A stretch of 60,639 nt of DNA, the filler included, from Basidioascus undulatus (lineage: Eukaryota), in assembly GCA_000826855.1 (NCBI GenBank). It is 4 parts of 4 records of this genome, joined end to end, with 100 filler letters (N's around TTAATTAATTAA, not from the genome) between each part and the next. Parts side by side here need not be neighbours in the genome. Positions count along the whole stretch, not along the records: positions 30,119 to 40,257 come from JTLS01001180.1; positions 40,358 to 50,486 come from JTLS01001181.1; positions 50,587 to 60,639 come from JTLS01001183.1; 1 more part is not named here. One strand, 5' to 3'. The notes beneath the pieces are model-generated. The model was not told where the DNA came from, searched no databases, and saw nothing but the letters and a program-made list of their open reading frames with translations. The number at the start of each line of letters is the position of its first letter. Within the stretch, counting starts at the first letter, position 1. Positions 39,378-51,382 of this stretch are shown piece by piece. Position numbers and translations under genes: made by a program.

Positions 39378-40257
39378 TCACAGATGCTTCTTTGCGCTCG
39401 CGCGCACGCGCGCGTCGAATGCGGCGGAGGTGATGGGGCTGTTGAGCTGGTAGAAAGGGTTGAGGAGATGCTGGGGCGGTTGGGGGAGGGGGTCAGTACT
39501 CCTGGGGGTGAACAAAGGGAAGAGCGGAAAAGGAAAGGGAGGGGATGGGAAGAGGGAGGAGAAGGACAAGGGAAGAATTGGAAGGAAGGGGGAAGAAAGG
39601 TGTGTAGGAAGGAGGGAGGGAAGAGCGAAGCACCTTCAGATACGTCTCCCACACTTCGGCAAAGAAGAGGCGGATGCCATCGTCGTTCTTGACTTCGTGG
39701 AGGAGAATGAAGCGGATATCTGCGTGGGGTGGGGCGCGGTGAGGGGCGCGGCGGGGCAGAGATGGGTAGTGGGGAAGAGGGGGGACTGACTGCCGGGGGT
39801 GATGAACGCCGAGACTGTCCACTCATTGAAGCAGTCTATGGATTTGTGATACCTACCACATCCTCCATCTCAGCATCCAGAAAAGCAAAGGATCTCGAAA
39901 GAAGGACAAACTCACATTGCGCCAGACAGGAACTGTGCCTGCTCGAGCGCGTCCAGCGCAGCATGGGCGATCATCTCCGGCACATGCCTCTCCGTCCTCC
40001 TCCTCGCATCCTCCGTCCCCCCCGACACGCCTGTCGGCGTCTCGCCCTCCGGCAGTCGGGACGACGAGCCACCGCCCACGAGTGCCTGGACCATCCCCCC
40101 GAACGCGCTGGCGGCGGGCGGGGAGGCGAAGGCTGCAAGGGACGGGAGGGAGGAGGTGCTGGAGGAGGGGTGGTGCGAGAAGGCGGTGCTGGAGTAGGCG
40201 GCGAAGGCGGAGGAGGAGGAGGGGGCGGAGGATGGTGGGGGCGGGGCAGGGAAGCGC
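39378..40257 (-). CDS. TRS20: TRAPP complex subunit Trs20/TRAPPC2 (sedlin), 3' fragment
   Basis: MIAHAALDALEQ..M..DCFNEWTVSAFITPG..IRFILLHEVKNDDGIRLFFAEVWETYLK..LNPFYQLNSPITSAAFDARVRASAKKHL*. Confidence 0.92.
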
Positions 40258-40357
40258 NNNNNNNNNNNNNNNNNNNNNNNNNNNNNNNNNNNNNNNNNNN
40301 NTTAATTAATTAANNNNNNNNNNNNNNNNNNNNNNNNNNNNNNNNNNNNNNNNNNNN
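40258..40357. other. Artificial contig spacer N44-TTAATTAATTAA-N44
   Basis: Linker at 40302-40313. Confidence 0.97.
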
Positions 40358-40521
40358 CCCATATTATTCGCCCCGTGTCAGATCCCTGGCGCAGCGCTCC
40401 GGAGAAACGCACTCGTACGCGCACGCACGCACGCACACGCCCCGACGTCGTACGACCCAGCACCAGCAGCTGAAGGAGCAGGACCGACGCCAGACTCGCG
40501 TACTCTCCAGTATCTAGAAAT

Positions 40522-41972
40522 ATGGTGCGCCTATACGCTCCTGATATCCATGTATTCCAATGACAGCACTGACGCTTCCTCTCCCATCTCCTAGTCAAAA
40601 TCCACGCCATAGTCCGCTCTTCCCTCACCCCCTTCTACCTCCCCTCCCCTGCTCACCCTCCCATCTACGCACTGTCCCTCCCTTTTCCCCGCGCACTCAC
40701 AGCAAGCTAACCGTCCTCGGCGACGGAGGCGTCGGTAAGACGGCCCTGACCGTCCAGGTGAGCTCGTCTCTGCGTCTTCCCCAGATGAACAGCTTGGGCT
40801 GATCGCATCATCATGTGCTCTTCGCCCTCTCGTAGTTCTGCATGAACAGCTTCGTCGGTGCGTGGCGCTTTGGGGTGGGCGCCAGGAAAGTGTGGGGCGC
40901 GGCGAGCTAATTGAGAGCGGCGCCGGCGGTGTACGTCCGGGTTGGGATACACAGAGGTGAGTCGTCTCAGGCACAGGGACCTCGATGCTGGGGACGGGGC
41001 AAGAACTGACGCGCTGATACGGGATGCCAACAGACCTATGACCCCACCATCGAAGACTCCTACCGAAAGGTGGGTCGCAGGGCTGGTGTGCGGAGAAGCC
41101 GAGGGTTGCGCACCTGCTGATGGCTGGGTCACTCGGACGTTGCGCTTCTCCAGCAAGTCGTCCTCGACGACCAACCCGCGCTGCTCGAAGTGCTCGATAC
41201 TGCCGGACAAGGTGCGCGTGCATCAGCCCCGCCCAACGGCCGCTCCAACTCACGCCGTCCCCGCTGCAGAGGAGTACACCGCGCTCCGAGATCAATGGAT
41301 TCGGTGAGCCTACATCCGGACCTATGCGCACGGAAGGGGGGCCTGGGTGTGCAAGACGTGAAGTGCCGAGGGCTGACTCTGATGGATTGGTCTTGGGACG
41401 TCGGACGGGACGCAACAGGGAGGGCGAGGGCTTCCTGCTCGTCTACTCTATCGCGTCCAGGAGCACGTTCGACCGCATCGAAAAGTTCCGGACGCTCATC
41501 TCACGCGTGAAGGAGAACGACCGGGTGCCGCTGATGCTTGTGGGGAACAAGGTGCGTTTGCCGATCTTTCCCTCCCCCTCCATGCAACCCTGCCGCCCTT
41601 TGCCCCTCCACCCTCTGCCCTCCGCCATTTCCCATGCCCCATTTCCCCTTCCCGTCCGCGCATCTCGAAGCCCCTCCGCGTGCAAGCAGACAACGCTGAT
41701 CTATGCTCTGGTGGTGGCAGTGCGACAAGGTGTACGAGCGCGAGGTGTCGCTAGCCGAGGGGCAGATGATGGCGCGCAAGCTGAACTGCCCGATGATCGA
41801 GACGTCCGCAAAGACGTGCGTCAACGTCGAGCGCGCCTTTTTCGACGTCGTGCGCGAGATCCGCCGCCAGCGCGAGGGCACGCTGGGCGGGCCGGGGGCC
41901 GGTGCGGGCGCAGGAGCGGGCTCGGGCGGTCGCCGCCGCGATGGAAGGAAACGGCGCTGCGTTATCGTCTGA
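40522..41972 (+). CDS. RAS2: Ras family small GTPase (fungal Ras2 type)
   Basis: [70 protein letters not shown], CAAX box CVIV*. Confidence 0.95.
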
Positions 41973-43066
41973 GCCGTCCGACCGACTCCCTCTCGCTGCG
42001 CCCTCCCTCCTCCCCAACCCAACCCAACCTTCTCTTCCTCGATCTTCAACGCCCCCTCGCCGGTTTCGCCACCGACCTCGTCTTCTCGCCTTGTTCAATA
42101 TACCCCCCTTCCCCTTCCGCTCTTCTTCCCCTCGCCCGTCCCCGCCGCCGCTGCATACCCCCGCCGTTTCTTCACCGTCACGTTACGACCCCGCCACGCC
42201 CCCGACTCGAAGCAACAAAGCACCACCAGCAGAGATCAAGCAGAAGAAGAATGAAGAAGGAGAAGGAGGACGCGACGACGACGACGCGTCGGCCGTCCTC
42301 GCATCCCACACCACACCCACCTTGTAACTGTTTACGACCCCGCTCCGAAACGCCCTGTCTACGATGACGCCCCCTTCCTCGTCTTCCTCCTCTTCTCTTC
42401 TTCTACTTCCGCTTCTCCTTCCTCGTCAACTTCTTTCTCTCATCCGCCTGGCTAGACGACGCTCGATCCCCCGCGATGTCTCCTTCTCGTCTTCTTCCCC
42501 TCGCGTTCCCCTTCCCTTGTTCATTCTTCCCCTCCTCCCCGACCTCTTGTTCCCCGCTTCTCTTTCCCCATATCACGCTGCTTTCGCTGTTCCGGTGTCC
42601 CGCGTTCCATTATGGTGTCGTTCCGGTCTCGTTGATCTTGCCCGCTTGTCGTCAGCTTGTCTTGTCTCTCTCATCTACTACTACTCTTGTGTGCGCCTTG
42701 TACGCGTAGCTTTTTCTTTCACCAATCTCCTGCTGCTCTTCTGATTCCGGTCTCGTATCATCCATCTCCATCTCACTCGCGCCCATTGTTCCGCTTCTCA
42801 ACATTCACCATCTCCACCCACCCTATCGCCCATCACCCCGCCTTTTGGCCCTACCCTGTCGCTCGCTCGCTCAGAGTCTCGCAAGTTCCGCGCTAACGCA
42901 CGCAGAAAAAGGCTTCTTGCATACCCCTTGCACAGAGGCGTTGATGCGGATGCGGATGTGTATAGATGCGCTGCTGGGAGGATGGCACAACAGATGCGAG
43001 AAGATGCGTCTTGATGTGGGTGATGAGAAGAACTCGCAATAGTGCAAGTGGGACCGAGTCCATGCT

Positions 43067-44523
43067 TCAGCGTGAAGCGCCCGCCCCCGGCGTCGACCCC
43101 CGCGCAGGTACGGGCGTTGCGGACGCCCGCGGTGTGCCCGACTTCCCGCGCGCACCGCCTGAACCTGACCCGGGAGGCACGGGCGCAGGCGTCGCGGAAC
43201 CCCCCCGGCCGGGTGTGGATGCTCGGGAGCCGGCGCGAGAGGGCGCGGCCGACGCGCCGCCTACATTCCCGACGCAGGCCGAGGGCCCAAGTCAGCATGA
43301 CAGGTCAGGACGAAGTCTTAGCGCGTACGTACGATTCTTCTTCTTTTTCTTTTTCTCTGGCTGGGCGGCCTCCTTGTCCCTTTCCTTCTCTTCTTCCTTC
43401 TCCTTGTCCTTCTCCCCTGCCCCAGTAGGCGGTGCGATTCCCGTCGGCGGGGCGACGGCTTTCCCCGTGCCTGCGCCGGCAGCCGCATTCCCATCCGCCC
43501 CGACCAACGCAGTTGCCGCCAAGCGCTCCTGCTGCTTCGCGACGACCTGCGTCGCGGTCGTCTGCAGCGCGCGGAACAGCGGGCCCGCGTCCTCCCGGCG
43601 CGCCTTCTTCGTCGGCGGTGGCTGTTGCTGTTGAGACGGCTGCTCCGGTGCCTCGGGCTCCCCGTCTCCCGCGGCGGCAGCGGGAGCAGGCGTGGCGGAT
43701 GTGCTGTGCTTGGCACGCTGCTGATGCTGCTGCTGTTGTTGTTGGGATGCGGCGTCGGAGATGGGCCAGGCGTAAGACGTGCGCGGAGTGAAGGTGGGCG
43801 CTTTTTGGCGGATGGTCGAGAGCGCGTCGGAGAGGGCGTAGAGGGCAGTGTGCTGGATAAGGTGCAAGCGGAGAGGGTGTGAATAAAGGAAGAGTAGAGT
43901 AGAGGGATATGAGATTGGGGGGACGGACGAGGCGGGTGGAGAGGACGGTGTACGCGTCGGGCGCTTGGTAGATGTTCTCATGCATCACATAGTAGGCCGC
44001 TATAGGTTGAGCTGGGAGGGAGAGAATTCGTTTGAGCTATGGATATGAAGTTCATTACGATACATGTGACAAACAGGGTACGCACTGTGTTCGGGAGACG
44101 TCCGCTCGCGCTTGTGGATCACAAACACGCCCGGCGGCTGCGCGTGCACGACGGCGAACTCGATCCCGACAAATTTCCTAGCGTCCCCATAGCGCATTAC
44201 TCTCAGCTCCCAGTCTGCAAGAGCTTGAAGCGCTATGCGCAAACGCACTTGAGCTCCTCGGCCTCGTTGATGCCCGCCAAGCCCGGGTTGGCGATGTTCT
44301 GCATGCGCAGCTGCTGATTCGTCGACTGGCGGTCGTAGAATGGGCTGAGCGAGAAGTACTCTAGCACGTTCTGAGGTGTGAGGACGCCGCCATAGGCCTG
44401 CATCAAATGAGAGGACTATGAGCGGATCCAGCCGAGCGATCGAGTTCGAAGAGGAATGCGAACATCGAGAAACTCGGGGAATCGCCAGGTAACGGACGAA
44501 AGGTCTGGCTCGGCAGCCGCCAT
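43067..44523 (-). CDS. MED6: Mediator of RNA polymerase II transcription subunit 6
   Basis: DLSSVTWRFPE..NVLEYFSLSPFYDRQSTNQQLRMQ..GIEFAVVHAQPPGVFVIHKRER..AAYYVMHENIYQAPDAYTVLSTRL; long low-complexity basic tail. Confidence 0.93.
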
Positions 44524-44719
44524 TGCACTCGGAATTCGGATAGATTATTATGGTTGGATAAGATTTTCGAGTTCAGGAGTGAGAGAAAGTGGTAATGGAG
44601 GAGCAAAGGAAGCGAGTTGAGCTTCCACTCTTGACGGGCGGCTCGAGGTCGGATGGAAGACGAGTTTGCTGCATCTGCGTGGTTCGCCAAACAGGTTGGT
44701 CTCTTCCATGGGAGCCCTT

Positions 44720-45064
44720 ACACTGGCGGTATACCCATGCCTGCACACAATGGTGAGATGGGCATCAAGTCTAGCCCCCTCCGACCTCACCATCGCGCTC
44801 CGCTGGCGTAGAGGCAAGACAGCCCAAGGTCGGACCTGCCCCTGCGGTCGCCACTTCCGCCGCACCCACACCACCAGCGTCAACACAGCCATCGCCACCA
44901 CCCTCCCCAACACCCTAATTACCCTCGGCGATGATCACACCATCTCCGGCATCAACCTCATCGACCGCCTCCTCAATGCTGCACCCCACACCGCCAGTCC
45001 CATCCTCCGCGCCATCGAATCCACCCTCCGTCAAGCATCCGAACATCGTCTCACACCTACATAG
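44720..45064 (+). mobile_element. Possible 3' remnant of a non-LTR retrotransposon ORF (C-terminal Cys/His motif)
   Basis: IALRWRRG..TCPCGRHFRRTH..NLIDRLLN resembles the RWR/CxC..RxH..DxLLN tail of fungal LINE-type RT ORFs. No RT core present. Confidence 0.3.
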
Positions 45065-45808
45065 TCTAGTCTTCTCCTGCTGGTGCGAAGCTTTCGCCCA
45101 CGTGGTTTTGGTGCTGGCCTGGCCCCTTCTCGCTCCTGTACTCTACCATTCCTGTTGCCCACTAGCGGCGTCGCATGCAGAGCTCTTAACGCCTAACCAA
45201 CTAACACAACGCTGCACCGCCTCAAGCCCTCCCATGATGCAGAATCCGTATCTTCCCAACATCTTGTACTCTCTTATCTTTTCCAGTGGTCAAGGTGACG
45301 TAGCGCAACGTATTCTATTTCTTGACAGCAATAACAGGTGGCTTTGAAATTGGTAAGCACAAAAGACGTGAAATGGCCTTCGAAACCATGGATGATGAAG
45401 AATGCAATTCGACGTCCCGTTTTTGTTTATTGCGGGAGGCTGAAAGGCGGACTGCCAACGCATGTCAGCGTGCCAGCGGCCACAGCGTTCCCTTTGATGC
45501 GTCTACCCAAAAGAGAGTCTCACGATCGACGGAGCTGCTGATGTCCGTGATTGTGCACCTTTGATCAAAGGGTGTTATTTTATTTCCTGTATATCTCGCG
45601 TGGAGCAGACTCCATTTGCGCTTTGTTCCGACCAGCCCGCTAAAGTTGCTGGTCTCCGTCTTCACAGCTTCGCTCCTCAAAACTCACTGTCCTCTCTTCA
45701 TCCTCTCGTGACCTTCTGTATTTCCCTCAACAATAGCACCTTCCACCGAACCCTCTCTTTCCACCATACCACCAGCCAAACAATGTCTACCCTTCAAAAG
45801 CACCCACA

Positions 45809-46666
45809 ATGATCGACTGCATCTCCCTCTCCGATTCGCACCATCTCTCCCCGCTTTCGTCCTTCACCCTACCCCGCCCTCTACCCCCCATGCCGGCCTC
45901 ATCCAACACCCCAAGACGGTTGCAGAACCGTCCATCATCTCTCGACCTCCACGCCAGCGCGGTCCGTCGCCGCATGTCGTTCCCACAATTGAAATCACCT
46001 TCCGCGGCGCTGCTCAAGTCCCCGACCACACCCACTGTCCGCATCCGACCAATCCTTTCACCCAACACCGCTCAAGGTTCAGGGACCCCGCTATCCCCGC
46101 TGCCCCCCTCGCCGCTCGTCAAGGTCTCCTTGCCGCGCGTCCTCCCCCGACCACCGAAGCTCCCTGCAGTCCCCGAAGACCGGCTGGCCCCGTTCGGACT
46201 CAACAACATCCCACCCGAGTATGCGCTCGAGCACCTCGCGTCGTGCGCTCGCGGCCCGAACACCCACACCTTCCGCCTCCGTGCTCCTGGCGAGCAGCCG
46301 GCTGCCGAGGATGCAACACCTGCCCTCCTGGTCCCCGTCGAAGGCCTCCGCTTCGCCGCAGCCTGCGCTGCACTCCCTCTCCTCCCTCGATCTCCTACGA
46401 CGCCCAACCAGAACCTACCGGTGATGGACCTCAGTCTTCCCTACCCCGCCGCCGTGTCATACGTCAACGACCTTCTCGCCGGACGCGACCCCCAGGCTTG
46501 GCAGGCGTGCAAGACTCGCAACGACTGGCTACGGCGCGCGGGCGAGTTGCAGCATGTGTGGTCGGACTGCGTTGCACTTCAAGTGTCGCATCCTATGGTC
46601 TGGAGTCATATTGATCGTCTTTGGAGCGAGTGTTTGAAGGGCATCGAGGGTAGTTCCGCAATGTAG
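45809..46666 (+). CDS. Clp1 (clampless1)-like protein, intronless; start could be ATG 45890
   Basis: VKVSLPRVLPRP, IPPEYALEHL, FAAACAALPLLP, LPVMDLSLPYP, VWSDCVALQVSHPMVWSHIDRLW follow the basidiomycete Clp1 motif order. Confidence 0.55.
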   Translation: MIDCISLSDSHHLSPLSSFTLPRPLPPMPASSNTPRRLQNRPSSLDLHASAVRRRMSFPQLKSPSAALLKSPTTPTVRIRPILSPNTAQGSGTPLSPLPPSPLVKVSLPRVLPRPPKLPAVPEDRLAPFGLNNIPPEYALEHLASCARGPNTHTFRLRAPGEQPAAEDATPALLVPVEGLRFAAACAALPLLPRSPTTPNQNLPVMDLSLPYPAAVSYVNDLLAGRDPQAWQACKTRNDWLRRAGELQHVWSDCVALQVSHPMVWSHIDRLWSECLKGIEGSSAM

Positions 46667-47730
46667 GCTCGATTTGGGTTTATGTTAGCCATGCTGTCGC
46701 GTTGTGGCTCCACTTGTTGTACCTTCTCGCTCTTTCGCATTTTTCTGTGAAGCCTTTGAAAATTATTATGTGACCTGTAGGAAGTGCTCGGCCACTTCAC
46801 GCCGAACCTGGTCGACGCTGCCAGGCTCTCGATCTGGCCTGTGCACCAACATACCTCGTCAAGTCACTTTTGACTGAGTGGGCTCGCCTCTACAAAAAGC
46901 AAAAGAGGAACTGGAGAAAGGCTTAAATTCATTACACTGTTGCAATACATGGAGGACGTGCTAAGTGCACGTTCAGGAGACGCGCTGGCCTCGACCTGGA
47001 GGAGTCAGATGGGTTGCTCTGCAGACTTTTTTGGGCTACATACAGAAGTTAGTCCTCTGCTGGAATTAGAAAAGATGATATTGGAGCACCCCGTTCTCGT
47101 TCGGTACGTGATCGCTTGCTCGTTCGTACGAGGCCATTCCTAATTGAAACGGACGTTGGTGTGCGGCAGCAGAAGCGTCTTGGAGCTCATGGACCATCGT
47201 GCCAGCACGCGGGCTTGGAAAATGTGCCGTAGGATGCATAGAAAATTTCGCGACCTAGATTGATTAGAAAAGGTAGAACCGCCTCTCGGAGGTCTTGGAG
47301 GCGCAGGCGTGTCGCGGTGGACGTGTTGTGGAGCTCAGCAACACTGAGTGCTCGCAAGGCTGGATCTGATTGGAAAAGCTGTGAGCTAGAAATCAAGAGA
47401 GCACAATACTTTCCTAAAAGAAATTCAGGTTGATCGATTCCGTGACAGAAAAGTCAGCGGTTGTATGCAGGCAAGTGACACGGAAGCTCGTCCAACCGTT
47501 TCGGCACTACCGGTATATGCAGTAGGGCGCATTCTAAACGGTAAAAGATCTGTATTTCAAACGAATTGCCAGAGGAACAGTTGTTCGAGCTTATATAAAT
47601 CCAACAGTCCTTGCAGTCCACATCATAGGTAGGTAGGATTTGGAAGACCACGCGGCCGCCCGAAGTTGCACGTCCATGACTTGCCCATCAACCGCTTTCA
47701 TCTCCAACCCGACCGTGCTGACCTTCGCCA

Positions 47731-49064
47731 GCCACGGCTTTCTCGATCGCACTTCCTGCGGAAGTCTAAGTCTGGTCGGACATCTTCTCCTTTGTGATCG
47801 AGAGTCCGCCCCTGGCTTCGGACGACCAGCTCGCTCTGTTTCCCGTCTTCTCGGACCCCGAGTGCGTTGCCGTGAACGAGGCGAAGGCCGCCCTCAGGCT
47901 GGTGTGTCGGGAATGGGAGGTGAGTGCATTCCTGCTTGAATAATGTCTGTTGTTCTTACTGATTTGGGCCGGTCTGGGTTGCAGGTCTACAGCCGTCCCG
48001 TCGTCTTCGCGGAGCTGCATCACCTCGCTCGCGTCTCTCGAACGCCTCTGCGACCTGGCCGGCGGGCGCCCGAGGAGCCCCATCCAGCGGGCACAGTCAA
48101 TCAGCCAGACCGCCTCACGGGCTTCCTCTTGACTTACATGCGCGCCTTCATCGCCTGCATCAATCCCTTCGAACAAAACTTCTACAGCGGCGAACTCGCA
48201 CAGCAATGGCCCTTCTCCGGCCGGCCATATTTCTATCGAGACGCTCGCCGGCTCGAGCGCCTCCTCTCCAGCCTCCCCAACCTCTCGTACATCGTTGGCC
48301 TCAGCCTGCGCGAGTCTTCGCTCCGGTTTCTCACTGCGCCCTTCACCGCACTGCAGGCTTGCGGTGCACCCGGGGAACTCGTTCGAGAGGCGCGTCGCCT
48401 TCGCGTAGAGAGGCTCGATCCCAGCTTCGATGCCAACGCCGCACGTATCGACGAATCGATCATCAAGGCTCAGGCTCGCGCGCGCGCTCTCCGGGCTGCG
48501 CGGAGGACCGCGGGCAAAGCAGACCAGTCGTCTTCGACCGCTCCGCAGGTCGAGTGTCTCCTAGACCTCAAAGCTCTGCGATTCGGCACCTCATGCCTGG
48601 AATCACGTCAGATTCCCGCCTACCCAAGGTTCTCGGCGCCCAACCTCTCCATGCTCATCCTCGAAGTCTCCCTATCTCGCGATGATCCACTGGCCGACAT
48701 CTGTTCGCTCGTCACCCCTCCCCCTCCACCGTATCACGCACCTCGGCCTGACCTAGCCCATACTTACCTCCGCGCTTCACTCCATGCTCGAGCGACCTTC
48801 CAGCTGTCACCCATCTCGGCCTCGCCTTCTCGCGCCCCTCCCGCCGCATGCGGCGCTGCGGCGCGTGCGCATGCGGTATGCGGACCTCGTCTCCGACCGC
48901 TGGGCGCCGTTGTATCCCTTCTTGAACAGCTTGAAGAAGCCTCTGGAGGTGTTGAACGTGGAGGACGTCGTAGTGATGAGAATACTAGTCCGCAAGCGGC
49001 AGTGGTGCTGACAGGCATCGAAGCGGAGTTGCGAGCGAAGGGGATTGTAGTGGAGAGGGTGTAG
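47731..49064 (+). pseudogene. F-box-like protein gene, disrupted
   Basis: LPAEV*VWSDIFSF..AALRLVCREWE/VYSRPVVFAELHHL; TAA 47767-47769 created by a 6-bp duplication; alternating protein-like frames after ~48720. Confidence 0.6.
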
Positions 49065-49466
49065 GCGTTGTCGGTTGTTGTGAGCCTCTCTAAATGTCGC
49101 ATGCGGATGTATGACATGAATTCGATGTGATTTGAGCGCCTCCGAAGTCGAAACTCTCACGGACCAGGCTTACTCACTGCTTCCTGCCCGCCATCGCGGA
49201 TAAATGCGCACAACCTCCCACTGCACCACGCATTCGGACTTACAGTCGGCTGGCACGCTATGATAGAGAACGCATTCGCACGTGCCAATCCCCCGCAACG
49301 TCAAAGTCCACGTCCGCATCAGCGCTGAGCGCCCAGCGTGCACAGGCAGTCCGTGTTTTCCGCTTCATAGCCGTCACGCAGCGCCTTTAACCTCAATAAA
49401 TCGCTTGAATTGCATCTCATCAATGCAGCGCCCCTCTGCCAACTCTCTAACCAGCCAGCCAGCCAC

Positions 49467-50393
49467 CTAGTCCCTCCCGAACCCCCTCCTCCTGCCGCCC
49501 CCGCCACCTCCTCCAAACCCGCGCCCACCGCCGCCGCCGCCGCCCGGCCCGTCTTCGCGGGAGGAGTAGGTCAGGGAGAACTTGTCGACGAGCTGTTCGG
49601 GGCAACAGCGGTGAGGTGCAGGTGTGAGGGGGTGGGTGGAGGAAGACGCACATCGTTGAGCGAGTGCAAGGACTTGGTCATGCTCCCCAGCAGCGTTGTA
49701 AGCTGCGTGTCGTTGTACTCCTGCAGCCACACCAAACGCATCAGCCATCACTTTCTCCATACCCTGCCTGGCTTCTGCCCCACGCACCGTCATGAACTCG
49801 TCCCTGAACTCGAGCGCGTCCGTCGTGGGCAGGCTGGCGACGAGCGCCGAGAGCGCGCGGAGGACCGAGTGGTCGCGCTTTGCGCCGCCCGCGCCGAAGA
49901 GCGCCGAGGAGAGGTACGCGACAAGGAGGACGATGCGGTCGTGCAGCATCTTGACCGCGTTGAACTGCGTTTGGAGGCCTGCTTGCACTGCGGACGTCCC
50001 CACAATCCCACCCAAGTATAGAATGTCAGTCAGGCTCGCTGGCACAGTTCATATGCAGAAGTGTTGGAAAGAGAAAGTGCAGGAGGAAGGGTGCGTGGAG
50101 GCGGTGGAAGAGGCGAAGGGAGATAAAAAGCAGAAAGGAAAGCTCAGCGACGCACAGCTGTTCCCGCTCCCCTCCCCCGGCCCGCCCGCGCGCGCGCTCT
50201 CGTCCACGGCAATGCGCTCCGCCTCGCCCGTCTCGATGCGGTAGCCAGCCTTGACGAACAGCGTCTGCGGCGCGTTGTGCACGACCTCGACTGTGCTCTC
50301 GTACAGCGCGAGGGGGAGGTCCTTCTGCGCCGGATCGGACGCGGCTGTGGGCGAGAGGAGCAGGAAGAGCGGGGACTCGGTGTAGGGCGTGAA
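49467..50393 (-). CDS. CSN6: COP9 signalosome subunit 6, 3' fragment
   Basis: YTESPLFLLLSP..DLPLALYES..YRIETGEAERIAVD..LQTQFNAVKMLHDRI..DHSVLRALSALVASLP..EFMTEYNDTQLTTLLG. Confidence 0.92.
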
Positions 50394-50486
50394 CTGCGGG
50401 TTTGGGGGTGAGCGGGAGGAGGGGGGAGGGAAGGGGAGAGAGGAGCGGTCGATACGGCAGAGAAGAAGAAGTGATGCGGGGGAAGT

Positions 50487-50586
50487 NNNNNNNNNNNNNN
50501 NNNNNNNNNNNNNNNNNNNNNNNNNNNNNNTTAATTAATTAANNNNNNNNNNNNNNNNNNNNNNNNNNNNNNNNNNNNNNNNNNNN
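50487..50586. other. Artificial contig spacer N44-TTAATTAATTAA-N44
   Basis: Linker at 50531-50542. Confidence 0.97.
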
Positions 50587-51063
50587 AGAAGAGGGCGTCG
50601 AGCAGGACGGGGAGGGGGAGACGAAGCCTGAGCTGTCTCAAGCGCAGAAGGTGCGTGCTTTCGATCCTTACCGTGGCGAAGTCGCTGACGAACACGACAA
50701 CGGCAGGACGACCTGCGTGCGCGTGCCACGGCCTTCATGGGCGTCTCGAAGGACTCCAGGCGCTCCGCCGAGGACGCGTTGTCGACGCCGCTGCCAGGGG
50801 AGACCCTGCGGGTGTTCTACGACCGGACGCGCGAGTACTGGGCGGGGAAGGCGCACGAGCTGACCGCGCACCGGGGGAAGGAGCTCCGGCGCGATGGGTT
50901 CCAGATGGCCGAGGAGCGGTACGAGGCGTACAAGCCCCTGCTCGAGGAGATCGAGCGCATCCAGGCGGAGGCGGGCCTGGACGCGGAGGAGATGGGGAGG
51001 GGCGCGAGGGCCGCTGGGCCCGGCGCGGGCGGGCTGGGCACGGAGAGTCGGAATCGGAGATAG
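50587..51063 (+). CDS. KEL3: Kelch-repeat protein KEL3/KLHDC4, C-terminal DUF4110 fragment
   Basis: STPLPGETLRVFYDRTREYWA..RGKELRRDGFQMAEERYEAYKPLLEEIERIQAEAGLD. Confidence 0.85.
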
Positions 51064-51382
51064 ACACTTGCTTATTGCGGATCATTTGGACACGGTGGTG
51101 TGGAAGGTCTGGATGTGGACTAGGTTTATCTTTTCTGTGCTGTTATCACGGTTACCGCCGAGGAACAAGCGTTTCCCGGTGTCCCGCTCCGACAGCAATT
51201 GGTGCAAGACGCCTCAGAGCGCCCATCCGTGTCCGTGATAGATACAGGTATGAGGGCAAATGCAAGGGTAACCAGAATGTCCGAAGAGTCAATAAAAAGA
51301 CATGCAATCCCAAATGCTGTCCGCCATCGTCGCTTAGTCCCTGAAGGTCCCGCGAAGAGCACAAAATGCAGCACTCACCGCA

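Noticed and set aside
41973..42900. Coding potential or ncRNA in the long C/T-rich tract after Ras2
   Set aside because: Low-complexity pyrimidine-rich 3'-UTR-like sequence; the ORFs are compositional artefacts.
45392..45443. Box C/D snoRNA (ATGATGA...CTGA)
   Set aside because: No terminal stem or recognisable rRNA guide, and short motifs are expected by chance.
45300..45808. Homeodomain heterodimer site (GATG-N9-ACA) upstream of the Clp1-like gene
   Set aside because: Only near-misses found (GATG-N9-GCA at 45391, GATG-N9-AAA at 45496, TGT-N8-CATC at 45688).
30063..50542. TTAATTAATTAA repeated at ~10-kb spacing as a biological periodic motif
   Set aside because: Always centred in N-runs; a standard six-frame-stop assembly linker.
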